Below, in pieces: positions 38,879 through 48,282 of a stretch of DNA of 64,000 nucleotides. Origin of the DNA: Spirochaetia bacterium (lineage in GTDB: Bacteria > Spirochaetota > Spirochaetia > SP-2023); the NCBI GenBank assembly GCA_965263295.1, contig OZ253665.1:480001-544000 (forward strand). Reading direction: 5' to 3'. The first letter of the stretch is position 1. The number at the start of each line of letters is the position of its first letter. The notes under the pieces were generated by a model, which saw only the letters and a program-made list of their open reading frames with translations, did no database searches and had not been told where the DNA came from. The position numbers and the translations under genes were made by a program.

Positions 38879-41109
38879 GCGGTCCACAGCCCGGGCATGT
38901 GGGGCCAGATTTTTCAGCTGAGCGATACCCGCTGCTAGATTCCCTGCAGTTGCAGCCTAGTCGGTTGAAGCAATTGGGCCTGGTTCAACTGGAACAGCTG
39001 GCGGCGGAATTGCGTTGTTCTTTGATGGAAATAGTTCGCTATACTGGTGGTCACCTGGCTTCAAATCTGGGGGTGGTAGAGTTGAGCATTGCCTTGCACT
39101 ATGTCTTTGACTCGCCGCGCGATGCCCTAATCTGGGATGTCGGGCACCAGGCATATGTGCATAAGATGCTGACCGGGCGCTGGCGTGATTTTCATCATTT
39201 GCGCCAGCGTGCGGGGCTTTCAGGGTTCCCGCGCCGCGACGAAAGCTTGCATGATTATTTGAATGCGGGCCATGCCGGCACGGCCATTTCGGCGGGATTG
39301 GGGCTAGAACTCGGTCGCAGCTTGGATGACAGTAAGGACCAGGGAAAAGTTCTTTGTGTCGTTGGCGATGCTTCATTGACTTCGGGTATTGCTTTTGAGG
39401 CCATGAACCACTGCGACCATCAACCCAATCAGCTGGTGGTGGTGATGAATGACAATGAAATGTCGATTGCCCCTAATGTCGGGGCTGTGTCTCGCATACT
39501 TAGCCGCCTGACTGCGGGCCACTCTTATGTCTTTCTGCGCGACCATGTCAACCAGCTTATCCGTCTCATACCTTTGCTGGGAGGCCCGTTATATCGGGGG
39601 CTCCTGCGTCTGAAGGGCGCGGTCAAGCAGGCGGTTTACCGCAACAACCTGTTTACTGAGTTTGGTTTTAAGTACGTCGGTCCCATAGACGGCCACAATA
39701 TTAAAATGTTAATAGATACTTTTCAGCGCATTGCCAAACTGAAGGAACCGGCCTTTTTGCATGTCAGAACGCAGAAAGGCAGGGGCCTGAAAGAAGCTGA
39801 GGAAGCGCCTTCCAAGTATCATGGCGTTTCGCCTTCAGCGCCACCCAAAGCTCCGGCGGCAAATGCCAAGCAGCACAAGCAAAACGATAAAGGACCGCCC
39901 GAAACTTCTGGGGCCGCCACGCTTTCCTTTACCGAGAGCTTTAGCAGCGCACTCCTGGATTTGGAAGCGGGATATGACGAATTGGTTTGTATTAGTGCGG
40001 CCATGGCCGGCAGTACGGGATTGCAGCGGTTTGCCGAACGCCATCCGCAGCGCTTTTTCGACGTGGGCATTGCCGAACAGCATGCATTGACCTTAGCCTG
40101 TGGTTTGGCCTTGGCTGGCAAGTTACCGCTAGTAGCTATTTACTCTACTTTCATGCAGCGAGCCTTAGACCAACTGATCCACGATATTAGCTTGATGAAG
40201 TTGCCGGCTCTCATCATCTGCGATCGCGCCGGCATTGTGCCGGGAGATGGCGATACCCATCAGGGTATTTACGATATTGTTCAATTTCGCAGTATCATTG
40301 GTCTGGAGCTGTATAGCCCCGCTACGCAACCGCAATTGCGTGCCTGTCTGCGACGGGCGCTGCAGCGCAGCCAGCGGGAGTTGGCGGCCTGGCGCCTACG
40401 CCGCCAAAGCAGCCCAAAGGCAAACAATGATAAGAAAAACAATGACAAAGAAATTTGCCCGTCAAAGCCGGATTTTTGCGCCACTCCCGTCGTCATTCGG
40501 CTGCCTAAACGCAGTTGTCCCGACATCGCTCTGTCACTCGCAAATGATCCGTGCGAGTGGCAGTTTTTCTCCATTTCCGGCGTAGCCGGTCACTCTGTGG
40601 GCCAGGGGGCTCTCCGGGCCAACTCAGCGACAAACCCGCGCCGGGCTTTGCTATTTTGTAGTGGCAGTTTGCTTCCTGAGGCCCTGGCTGTGCAGCAAAG
40701 GCTGGCCCGCTACGCAGATTTGGACCTGGACGTTTTACAGCTGTGTCAGCTGGGGCCGCTGCCTAAGGCGACGTTAGCGCCTTACTTGCTGGGGCAGGTG
40801 CCTTCACAGTTCGGGGCCGGTTCGGAAGTCGTGAGTGGGCTGAGAGGGGGGCCGGAGCCACGTTATATTGCCTTGTTCTGCATTGAAGACGGTGTACTGC
40901 AAGGTGGTATTGGCGAAGCACTGCTGCACCTGCAGATGGAGTTGCAGATTGAACGGGGCGCGGGGGCATGCTTTTTGCCCTTGCATCTGCGCGGTGTGGA
41001 GAACCGTGTGCCGCAGCTGGGAACTTATGAACAGCTGTTAGAAGATTACGGCATGGATACTGAGTCCCTCGAAAGCTGGATTTATGCCGCAGCGCTTCAA
41101 TCTAGATAA
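38866..41109 (+). CDS. dxs: 1-deoxy-D-xylulose-5-phosphate synthase
   Basis: GGHLASNLG, WDVGHQAYVHK, GDASLTSG...NDNEMSI (TPP motif), FDVGIAEQH, YSTFMQRA, DRAG. Confidence 0.95.
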   Translation: MVSHGGPQPGHVGPDFSAERYPLLDSLQLQPSRLKQLGLVQLEQLAAELRCSLMEIVRYTGGHLASNLGVVELSIALHYVFDSPRDALIWDVGHQAYVHKMLTGRWRDFHHLRQRAGLSGFPRRDESLHDYLNAGHAGTAISAGLGLELGRSLDDSKDQGKVLCVVGDASLTSGIAFEAMNHCDHQPNQLVVVMNDNEMSIAPNVGAVSRILSRLTAGHSYVFLRDHVNQLIRLIPLLGGPLYRGLLRLKGAVKQAVYRNNLFTEFGFKYVGPIDGHNIKMLIDTFQRIAKLKEPAFLHVRTQKGRGLKEAEEAPSKYHGVSPSAPPKAPAANAKQHKQNDKGPPETSGAATLSFTESFSSALLDLEAGYDELVCISAAMAGSTGLQRFAERHPQRFFDVGIAEQHALTLACGLALAGKLPLVAIYSTFMQRALDQLIHDISLMKLPALIICDRAGIVPGDGDTHQGIYDIVQFRSIIGLELYSPATQPQLRACLRRALQRSQRELAAWRLRRQSSPKANNDKKNNDKEICPSKPDFCATPVVIRLPKRSCPDIALSLANDPCEWQFFSISGVAGHSVGQGALRANSATNPRRALLFCSGSLLPEALAVQQRLARYADLDLDVLQLCQLGPLPKATLAPYLLGQVPSQFGAGSEVVSGLRGGPEPRYIALFCIEDGVLQGGIGEALLHLQMELQIERGAGACFLPLHLRGVENRVPQLGTYEQLLEDYGMDTESLESWIYAAALQSR

Positions 41110-41477
41110 AAAAATACCGTTTATATTTTCACCTTGCCTGTCAGATGGATTTTTGTTTTGAATATTGGGCAAAGCGGAAAAGTCTGGACGATGCAAAAGA
41201 TTTGTGATTTACAAGCCAAAAGACTTGACAGATCTTGCCTCCAGATGTATATATGGTGCTGGAATTTAATGAACTTGAATTTAGTTGATATTCAATCATT
41301 AAAGTGCTTACAATATACTAAAATTATTTTACTCCATAGACTATTAAATTCACAAGATATCTCCATCCAGAATATTGACATGCTATATAAGTCAGGCTTA
41401 CATGATTTTATGTCTGTCAATTTTATCGAGAAAAAGTTTTTAAAAGAAGAATTTAGAAACTTTTAAAGGATGGATTT

Positions 41478-42746
41478 ATGCACAAGATAATTTTATTGTT
41501 GGCATTAACAGTGTTCTTGATGCCAAGACTTCGCGCTGTTTCAATTGAGCAAACAATTCCCGTACGGATACCGTTGAATTTAAACTTGAATTTACCAGAT
41601 GTCCCCTCCGATACTTCTTCGGATGGCATTGGGTCAAAAAAGGAGACCGTCACCTTTGATGTCGGAATTGGCAGCGGTGCATTTCATCATCCTGATGATC
41701 CCCCCAATATAATTTATACTATCACAGACCGCGGCATCAATATCAAGTGCCGAGAAAGCAACAAAATACTAGGGGATGCCGTCTGTAAAAAGGGCAAGAT
41801 TTTCCCGCTCCCCAATTTCATACCGACCATCTTTAAAATCCTGGTGGGAGATGGCAAATACGAAATTCTGCAGAGCATTCAGGTCAAAACCGCTTCAGGG
41901 CTGCCCACCAGTGGCATTCCCAATCCTAATACCGAAGCCGCTTTTGATATTGATGGCGAACGCCTCGTGGCTGATCCTAACGGCTTGGATCCCGAAGGAA
42001 TTGTAAAAACCAAAGAAGGACGTTTTTATGTGGGAGAAGAGTATGGCAGCAGTATCTTGGTCCTGAAGAAAAATGGTGTCATTATTGAGCGGTGGGTTCC
42101 CCAGGGTGTGGCAAAAACACTCGCAGGCTGCGATTATAATGTCATTGAAAACCTGCCTGCCATTATTCGCCGGCGGCCCCTAAACCGGGGGATTGAGTCT
42201 GTTGCCCTATCACCTGACGAGGACAGTCTTTATTTTGCGATTCAAAGTCCGCTGGCCAATCCGGATAAAAAAGCTTACAGTCGCTCTAAAAATGTGCGCA
42301 TTTTTAAAGTCGACATTGCTAGCAAAAAAGTGACCGGTGAGTATGTCTATGTGATGGATGATCCCACAAGCTTTTTGCGAGACAATGAATCTCAAAAATG
42401 CAAACAAAAAGATGTGAAAATCAGCGAGATGACTGCCATTGGTGAAGACGAGCTCATTGTCTTGGAGCGAATCAGCAAGACGGCCAAGTTTTATAAGGTC
42501 CAATTAATGGGGGAGAATATTTTGGGATCTAAGTGGGATAATATGGAAACAGTACCTTCTTTGGAGCAAAGTGCGCTCGCCGGCCTGAGAAAGTCCTTGA
42601 TCCTAGACACCGATAATGTCAAAGGAATACCTGCCAAAATTGAAGGCTTAGCCCGTATCTCTGCCCATGATTGGATCTTGGTCAATGACAATGATTTTGG
42701 GATCCATGGTCAAATCAGCACCTTGGTCAGAGTCAAATTGCCTTAG
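41478..42746 (+). CDS. Secreted phytase-like esterase family protein
   Basis: Signal peptide; TDRG, DPEG, EEYG, NRGIES, QSPL, VLER, KIEGL and NDNDFG motifs. Confidence 0.85.
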   Translation: MHKIILLLALTVFLMPRLRAVSIEQTIPVRIPLNLNLNLPDVPSDTSSDGIGSKKETVTFDVGIGSGAFHHPDDPPNIIYTITDRGINIKCRESNKILGDAVCKKGKIFPLPNFIPTIFKILVGDGKYEILQSIQVKTASGLPTSGIPNPNTEAAFDIDGERLVADPNGLDPEGIVKTKEGRFYVGEEYGSSILVLKKNGVIIERWVPQGVAKTLAGCDYNVIENLPAIIRRRPLNRGIESVALSPDEDSLYFAIQSPLANPDKKAYSRSKNVRIFKVDIASKKVTGEYVYVMDDPTSFLRDNESQKCKQKDVKISEMTAIGEDELIVLERISKTAKFYKVQLMGENILGSKWDNMETVPSLEQSALAGLRKSLILDTDNVKGIPAKIEGLARISAHDWILVNDNDFGIHGQISTLVRVKLP

Positions 42747-43256
42747 GGTCTAGGGCTAGATCAATGAGGAATGGTTCTCTTCGCAAATTATCCGTTGTTT
42801 TGCAAGTGATATTGGGGTTTTACAAACATTTTTATTTTGTGATTCAAACGGCACAGAAACAGGTGCCGGCCGCTCTAGCTTCTGTATCATTGGCAGCAAG
42901 TCTCAACTTACAAAGCAAGCAAGTTCATCAGCAACTTGGGCATTACTCAGTAAATGAATTCATACTTGGCTGTCTTTATACCGAGTAGGACGTCTAACTC
43001 CCTCAAGAAATCCAGTCCTTTCTGTGCAAGCGCAGGTGTGTCGGAGGCATGTCGAATTACGTGACCCAGGATGCTGAGGTTGCCGTTTCCTGTGGATTTG
43101 GACGCCAAACTCCTGTGGAAGTTGGCTTTGGGAAGCTGGCTTTACCTTTTTTTATGGGGCCTTGGAGTTCGGGGGTTGGGGCCGGTGTAAGGGGGGGGGA
43201 GAAATCCTGTGTGCTTGTCCCTTGTCAGAGACTGTGGATTACGCAAAATGGGCGGC

Positions 43257-43970
43257 GTGATCGTCAACAGTATTCGCGGGCTACTTACCGAAAAGCGAAC
43301 GAAGGGCTACGCTTGCTGCCAGGTCGGCGGCATCGAATGGCTTGTGGCCATGAGTCAGCAGGGTTTGGCCGCTCTGGGTGCGGTCGGGACCGAGGTGCGC
43401 ATTTTCACCCAGCTCAAGGTCAGCGAAAACAATATGCTTCTGTATGGATTTGCCACTCAAGAGGAACGGGCTCTGTTTGAAGCTTTGATATCCGTATCGG
43501 GAATCGGCCCGAAAGTGGCTTTGGCCATGCTTTCTCAAACCGGGGTGCTGGAGTTGGCGACCTGGATTATGCAAGGCGACGTCAAACGTTTAGCCAAGCT
43601 GCCCGGCCTGGGTGCCAAGACGGCACAGAAGCTGATTCTGCAGCTCAGCGATAAGCTGGAGGAGCCATTGCGGCTCGCAGGGGCTCAATCCCCACTTGTC
43701 AAAGCTGCCGGCGCCTCGGGGCAGGGGCGCGAAGCTGAGCAAGCCACAGTTCTGCCTCAATTTTTGCAACAGCGCCGGGAGTACGAGGACCTTCTCGCCG
43801 CCCTGGTCGCGATGGGCTATGAAGAGCGGCGCAGTCGCGATGTCCTGGATGGCTTGTTTGCCGCTTGGCGCGAGTTGGCTTCACGGCACGCAAACGGCGC
43901 TTTGCCCGCCGAGGGCGAGCGTCTGCGCCAGGCTATTGTCGCCTTGAGCGCGGCGGGAGACTCGCAGTGA
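43257..43970 (+). CDS. ruvA: Holliday junction branch migration protein RuvA
   Basis: LYGF...ERALF, VSGIGPKVALA, LPGLGAKTAQKL HhH motifs; ALVAMGY; start chosen at GTG 43257. Confidence 0.92.
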   Translation: MIVNSIRGLLTEKRTKGYACCQVGGIEWLVAMSQQGLAALGAVGTEVRIFTQLKVSENNMLLYGFATQEERALFEALISVSGIGPKVALAMLSQTGVLELATWIMQGDVKRLAKLPGLGAKTAQKLILQLSDKLEEPLRLAGAQSPLVKAAGASGQGREAEQATVLPQFLQQRREYEDLLAALVAMGYEERRSRDVLDGLFAAWRELASRHANGALPAEGERLRQAIVALSAAGDSQ

Positions 43971-45427
43971 GCCCGCAATATCCGTCTGGCTCTAGTCTGC
44001 CCTCGTGGTTTGACTTGAGTTTACATGCTGAGAGCCTTGGTTCTCAAAGCCTGGCTGGGATTTTACCCAAACTGCTAGATCGTTTTGTTCACAGTTTTCG
44101 TTTCAGTCACAGCCAGATAGAACAGCTGTGTAAGATGGCTAAAGACCTTTGTGACTGGCGTGAGGCAGAGGCACTTAAAACCCATTTGCGTCAACAGTTG
44201 GAATCTTTGCGCCACAGCTTAGAAAACGATTTAGAAAACCGCTTAGAAAATCACTTGGAAAGCAATTCGGAAAACCAAACGGAAAACCGATTAGCAGCAG
44301 AAGGCCAAGGCACTTTGGGCGGCGACTCATTAGAAATACCGCACCTCAGCCCGCAGCAGCGCCGCCAGGGCTTTGCAGATTTTGAAGCTTTCTATCGCGG
44401 CAAGCGAGAATTGCTGCCCAACTTTCAGCGCCGTGCCCCCTCGCCTAAAGTTCCAAAGTATCGCTTTGACGTTTTGCAAGAGGCGCAGGGCCCGCAGCAG
44501 GGCGGATTAAGTTTTTCGAGAGGGGATCGCATTCTCGGTACTTGTCCGGTCGCTTCGACTAAAACTCGCTGCTGCAACTTGCTGACGCTGGACGCGATCC
44601 AGCAGTGTGGTTTTGCTTGCAGTTATTGCGCCATTCAGCACTTTTATGACGAAAAGGCTATTCAGGTGCGGCACGATTTTGCGCAGAAATTGCAACAGCT
44701 GCAACTCAATCCGCAAGAATGGTATCACATTGGTACCGGGCAGGCCTCGGACTCGTTATTGTGGACTGAGGAACTGGGTGTCCTGGAACCATTGATTGAC
44801 TTTGCGTGCCGCCATCCGCGGGTGATCCTGGAGCTGAAAAGTAAGTCTGCGAACGTCAAAAGTTTGCTGACGCGGGAACTGCCGCCAAATATTTTGTTTA
44901 CTTGGTCATTGAACCCGGATAATTTTATTCGCCATGAAGAACTGCTGACGGCGCCGCTGGATGCCCGCTTGCGCGCGGCCCGCCAGCTGGCGGACAACGG
45001 AGCAAAAGTCGGGTTTCACTTCCATCCCATCGTGCGTTATCAGGGTTGGAAAACCGAATATCGCCAGTTGGCGGAGCGTTTGCTCGGCCTTTTTGCCCCG
45101 CAGGAAGTGGTGACGGTATCGCTGGGCACCTTGACTTTTAGTAAGTCTGCACTGAAGACAATTCGTCATAAGGCTGAGCAAACGCAGATTTTGCGTTTTC
45201 CAATGCAGGAAATTGCGGGTAAGTTTTCGTATCCCTACGAAGTTAAGCGAGATATGTTTCGCCTTGTCCATCAGGCTTTGGAGCCCTGGCATGGCAAGGT
45301 GTTTTTCTATTTGTGCATGGAGGATCCGGCTCTGTGGCCGGAAGTCTTTGGTCAGCAATATGCAGACAATCGAGAATTTGAGCAGGATATGTTGCATAGT
45401 TATGCCCGTAAAATGGGCTTGCGTTAG
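43967..45427 (+). CDS. Spore-photoproduct-lyase-like radical SAM protein
   Basis: CxxxCxxC motif CGFACSYC; GTGQASDSL, LELKSKS, WSLNP, FHFHPI, YLCME; GTG start overlaps the ruvA TGA (GTGA). Confidence 0.85.
   Translation: MSPQYPSGSSLPSWFDLSLHAESLGSQSLAGILPKLLDRFVHSFRFSHSQIEQLCKMAKDLCDWREAEALKTHLRQQLESLRHSLENDLENRLENHLESNSENQTENRLAAEGQGTLGGDSLEIPHLSPQQRRQGFADFEAFYRGKRELLPNFQRRAPSPKVPKYRFDVLQEAQGPQQGGLSFSRGDRILGTCPVASTKTRCCNLLTLDAIQQCGFACSYCAIQHFYDEKAIQVRHDFAQKLQQLQLNPQEWYHIGTGQASDSLLWTEELGVLEPLIDFACRHPRVILELKSKSANVKSLLTRELPPNILFTWSLNPDNFIRHEELLTAPLDARLRAARQLADNGAKVGFHFHPIVRYQGWKTEYRQLAERLLGLFAPQEVVTVSLGTLTFSKSALKTIRHKAEQTQILRFPMQEIAGKFSYPYEVKRDMFRLVHQALEPWHGKVFFYLCMEDPALWPEVFGQQYADNREFEQDMLHSYARKMGLR
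44219..44290 (+). repeat. Six degenerate 12-bp tandem units (LEND LENR LENH LESN SENQ TENR)
   Basis: ttagaaaacgat ttagaaaaccgc ttagaaaatcac ttggaaagcaat tcggaaaaccaa acggaaaaccga. Confidence 0.8.
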
Positions 45428-45608
45428 TTGGGGTGGGGGTGTCAGACTGGCTTCGCCGGCCCGGCTTGGGAGTCATGCGCAAAATGGCGCATACTGTTTG
45501 GGAGTAATTTAGGGCAGAGTCTTCCAGCTCGTTGGGCTAGCTTTGGGATTAGATACGGCGGTTTGCGGACGGCGCAGCCTAAGGTTGGCCTAGTAGAGTG
45601 TAGGAAGT

Positions 45609-45637
45609 TTGACAGTAAAAAATAATGATGTTAAAAT
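45609..45637 (+). promoter_or_regulatory. Sigma70 promoter upstream of the NagD-like gene
   Basis: TTGACA-17 bp-TAAAAT with extended -10 TG. Confidence 0.65.
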
Positions 45638-45777
45638 TATATTTTTTAACAAAGTTTGGTTTCCCTTTTTCGGGATGCCTTTTGTCTGCTGTGAATGTCG
45701 TTATTGATGAGTAGCGACTTGTCTGGGGCAAATTGGCTCTCTTGTGCCATATCCGGTTTACGATAAGGAGAATATTT

Positions 45778-46629
45778 ATGGGCAGAACAGATAAATGGGA
45801 TGAAATTCGCGCGTCCCTGGCCGGCAAGGAGGCCTTTATCAGTGATATGGATGGGGTTATCTATCACGGTAACCACTTACTACCTGGAGCGAAGGAGTTC
45901 GTGGCCTGGTTGCAGAAAGAAGATAAAAAGTATTTGTTTTTGACAAACTCTTCTGAGCGCTCGGCGCGAGAGTTGACTGAGAAACTGGAGCGTTTGGGCC
46001 TGGAGGTTGGCGAAGAGCATTTTTATACGAGTGCTTTATCTACGGCATTATTCCTCTCGCAGCAATGCCCGGAGGGCAGTGTATATGTTATTGGACAGCC
46101 AGGCTTGATTAATGCTTTGTATTCCTATGGTTTTTCGATGAATGACGTCAATCCGGATTATGTGGTGGTGGGTTTTACGCGCGATTATAACTATGAGAAA
46201 ATTGCGCATGCGGTGAAACTGGTGCAGCAAGGTGCCCGTTTGATTGGCACGGATCTGGATACTACGAATCCGACGGTAAATGGTATGATGCCTTCTACAG
46301 GAGCTCTGATTGCTCCTATCGCTCAGGTTGCTGGCGTGCGCCCATACTTTTGTGGCAAGCCTAATCCGTTGATGATGCGCAATGCTCTGAAGCTACTCGA
46401 CGCTCTGGCCAAAGATACGGTGATTATTGGGGATCGTATGGATACCGATATTATTGCTGGAATTGAGTCGGGTATTACTACGGTTCTGGTTCTCTCTGGG
46501 GTGACGCAGCGTGCTGACCTGGCCCGCCATCCTTATATGCCCAGCTATGTACTGGATGGTTTGGCCGAATTCATTCGAATCCAAGAATTTGGCCGGTCTG
46601 GCGAGCCGGAACCGACGGATTCAGAGTAG
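45778..46629 (+). CDS. HAD-IIA family hydrolase (NagD-like)
   Basis: DMDGVIY, LTNSS, GKPNP, IGDRMDTDI; AAGGAG RBS before ATG 45778. Confidence 0.93.
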   Translation: MGRTDKWDEIRASLAGKEAFISDMDGVIYHGNHLLPGAKEFVAWLQKEDKKYLFLTNSSERSARELTEKLERLGLEVGEEHFYTSALSTALFLSQQCPEGSVYVIGQPGLINALYSYGFSMNDVNPDYVVVGFTRDYNYEKIAHAVKLVQQGARLIGTDLDTTNPTVNGMMPSTGALIAPIAQVAGVRPYFCGKPNPLMMRNALKLLDALAKDTVIIGDRMDTDIIAGIESGITTVLVLSGVTQRADLARHPYMPSYVLDGLAEFIRIQEFGRSGEPEPTDSE

Positions 46630-46781
46630 ACTGCAATGGCAAAGTTGGCATAGGCTTAAAACGGGTAAGAGGCAAATTTGTGAAACCGCAAAAACAAAAT
46701 ATACGAGCCGTCTAGATTGTTAGATTGTCGGCGCGGGCGATAAGAAAATATTGCAATTTACCCGATTTTATTGTAGACACT

Positions 46782-48209
46782 TCAGCTCAATCCGGCTAGG
46801 AAATCGCTCAGAGGACTATATGGCAGCGACAGGCGGGTATACCGTGTGGAAATGGCATGAGAGTATTCTAATGGCAGGATCAGGCGCAACATTGTCAGTG
46901 ATTTGCGAAAATCTTCCAGAGTGCTGGGCTGTAGGACAGTAGAACTTTGTGTAAAGGGAATGGGGCCAGAGACTTCGCTGTGCCGGGCTTGTACCCTTAG
47001 GGGCTGTGAAACGTAAATATCTTTAATCTGCATTTTGCGTGGTCCTGTCAAGTCGAGCATAACCTGCCAGGGTTTGAGGTCGCGCAGCTGTTTGGAATAG
47101 CGTTTTTGCAGGCTTTGATACACGGCTAAGCAAAGTTTCTGGCGTTGACTGCGGTTGCGCAATTGAGCGATAATGTCAGCCTCGGCGTTGCCAAGGCATA
47201 GCTCATCGACAACTAAAAAGCTGCGTGGTTGCTGGGCCTGTAGGCACAGTTGTCGTTCGGGAAGCTCCAGTTGTTCAAACAGAGCGGGGAAGCTCTGGTC
47301 GTCACTGCGTAGTATCTGTTCCTCGCTGATTAGATCTAGTTCAATGGCTTGAGCTGTGCCCTCAATTACCGGAGCTGATAGCGCGCGAACGTTGCGATGC
47401 CAGTAGACTGTGCGATACATTAAGTAGCGCGAAAAAATCAGACTCTCAATAATCGTGAGTCCGCGTTCAGGGATGCCTATGCGAAATGGTGAAGTTGGTT
47501 GTGATTCAAGTAAGGCATCGTCACTCAGGCGGCCGAGGAAGACTTGAGAGAATAAATATTCGAGGTCTTGGATTCCGTATGGCACTCCGCAGTAATAGGC
47601 GTCGCGGTTCAGGTAATCCAATTTGTCCGGATCCAGCGTCCCCGACAGCAGGGAACGATACAGCAAGCCTTCTTCTCGATAAGTTTCGGGAATTGGCAAT
47701 GCCTCATCTACGAGGGCTGCAACCAGGGCCGGGTCGCTGTTGAGGTCTCGGCTGATGATTGAGGACAAAGGCTCACTTAATATGTAGCGCGCTGATATTT
47801 CTTCGTGTTCGTTTTGCAGGCCTTCAAGCATGTGGGCATAGGGGAAATGGCCGAGATCATGAAGCAGGGCGGCGGCCAGAAAAGCTTTGGTCCCGTGTAA
47901 ACTGGGCCGAAATTCTGCGGCTGCGCTTTTTTTGCTGCACAGCAGGGCCAGAAGCAGGCGGCGGGCCATCCAGAAAACGCCTATGCTGTGTTCAAAACGG
48001 GTGTGCCGTGCTCCCGGATAAATCAAGGTTGCAGAGCTCAATTGGCGGATTCTGGCTAGCCGCAGGAATGGCTTAGAATGAATTAACTTTTGGAAGGCCG
48101 CATTCAAATAGACGTGTTTCCATAGCGGATCGCGCAGCGGAACATCAAAAGCATTTTGTAGGTAGTCAATAACTTCGCGATTGGTGACGGAATAAAATTC
48201 TTTATTCAT
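46782..48209 (-). CDS. HD-domain phosphohydrolase (dNTP triphosphohydrolase/SAMHD1-like family)
   Basis: RLARIRQL, HTRFEHSIG, LHDLGHFPYAH, DKLDYLNRD, MYRTVYWH; GGGAG RBS before ATG 48209. Confidence 0.9.
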   Translation of the reverse strand: MNKEFYSVTNREVIDYLQNAFDVPLRDPLWKHVYLNAAFQKLIHSKPFLRLARIRQLSSATLIYPGARHTRFEHSIGVFWMARRLLLALLCSKKSAAAEFRPSLHGTKAFLAAALLHDLGHFPYAHMLEGLQNEHEEISARYILSEPLSSIISRDLNSDPALVAALVDEALPIPETYREEGLLYRSLLSGTLDPDKLDYLNRDAYYCGVPYGIQDLEYLFSQVFLGRLSDDALLESQPTSPFRIGIPERGLTIIESLIFSRYLMYRTVYWHRNVRALSAPVIEGTAQAIELDLISEEQILRSDDQSFPALFEQLELPERQLCLQAQQPRSFLVVDELCLGNAEADIIAQLRNRSQRQKLCLAVYQSLQKRYSKQLRDLKPWQVMLDLTGPRKMQIKDIYVSQPLRVQARHSEVSGPIPFTQSSTVLQPSTLEDFRKSLTMLRLILPLEYSHAISTRYTRLSLPYSPLSDFLAGLS

Positions 48210-48282
48210 ATGCTTTGGCTCCCGTGAAAAAGCCCTGACGCGTTTTGCGGCAGGGCTCAGGTAAAAGGTTTCCCAAATATCT

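Noticed and set aside
41134..41466. 110-aa ORF and possible Pho boxes upstream of the phytase-like gene
   Set aside because: TTG start, AT-rich promoter-like DNA and no motifs; candidate half-sites do not keep a clean 11-bp period
42764..43200. Short ORFs or a pseudogene between the phytase-like gene and ruvA
   Set aside because: The frames I translated show no recognisable protein pattern
46782..48209. HD dNTPase as an anti-phage defence system
   Set aside because: Housekeeping context (pgm, NagD-like) with no other defence genes nearby
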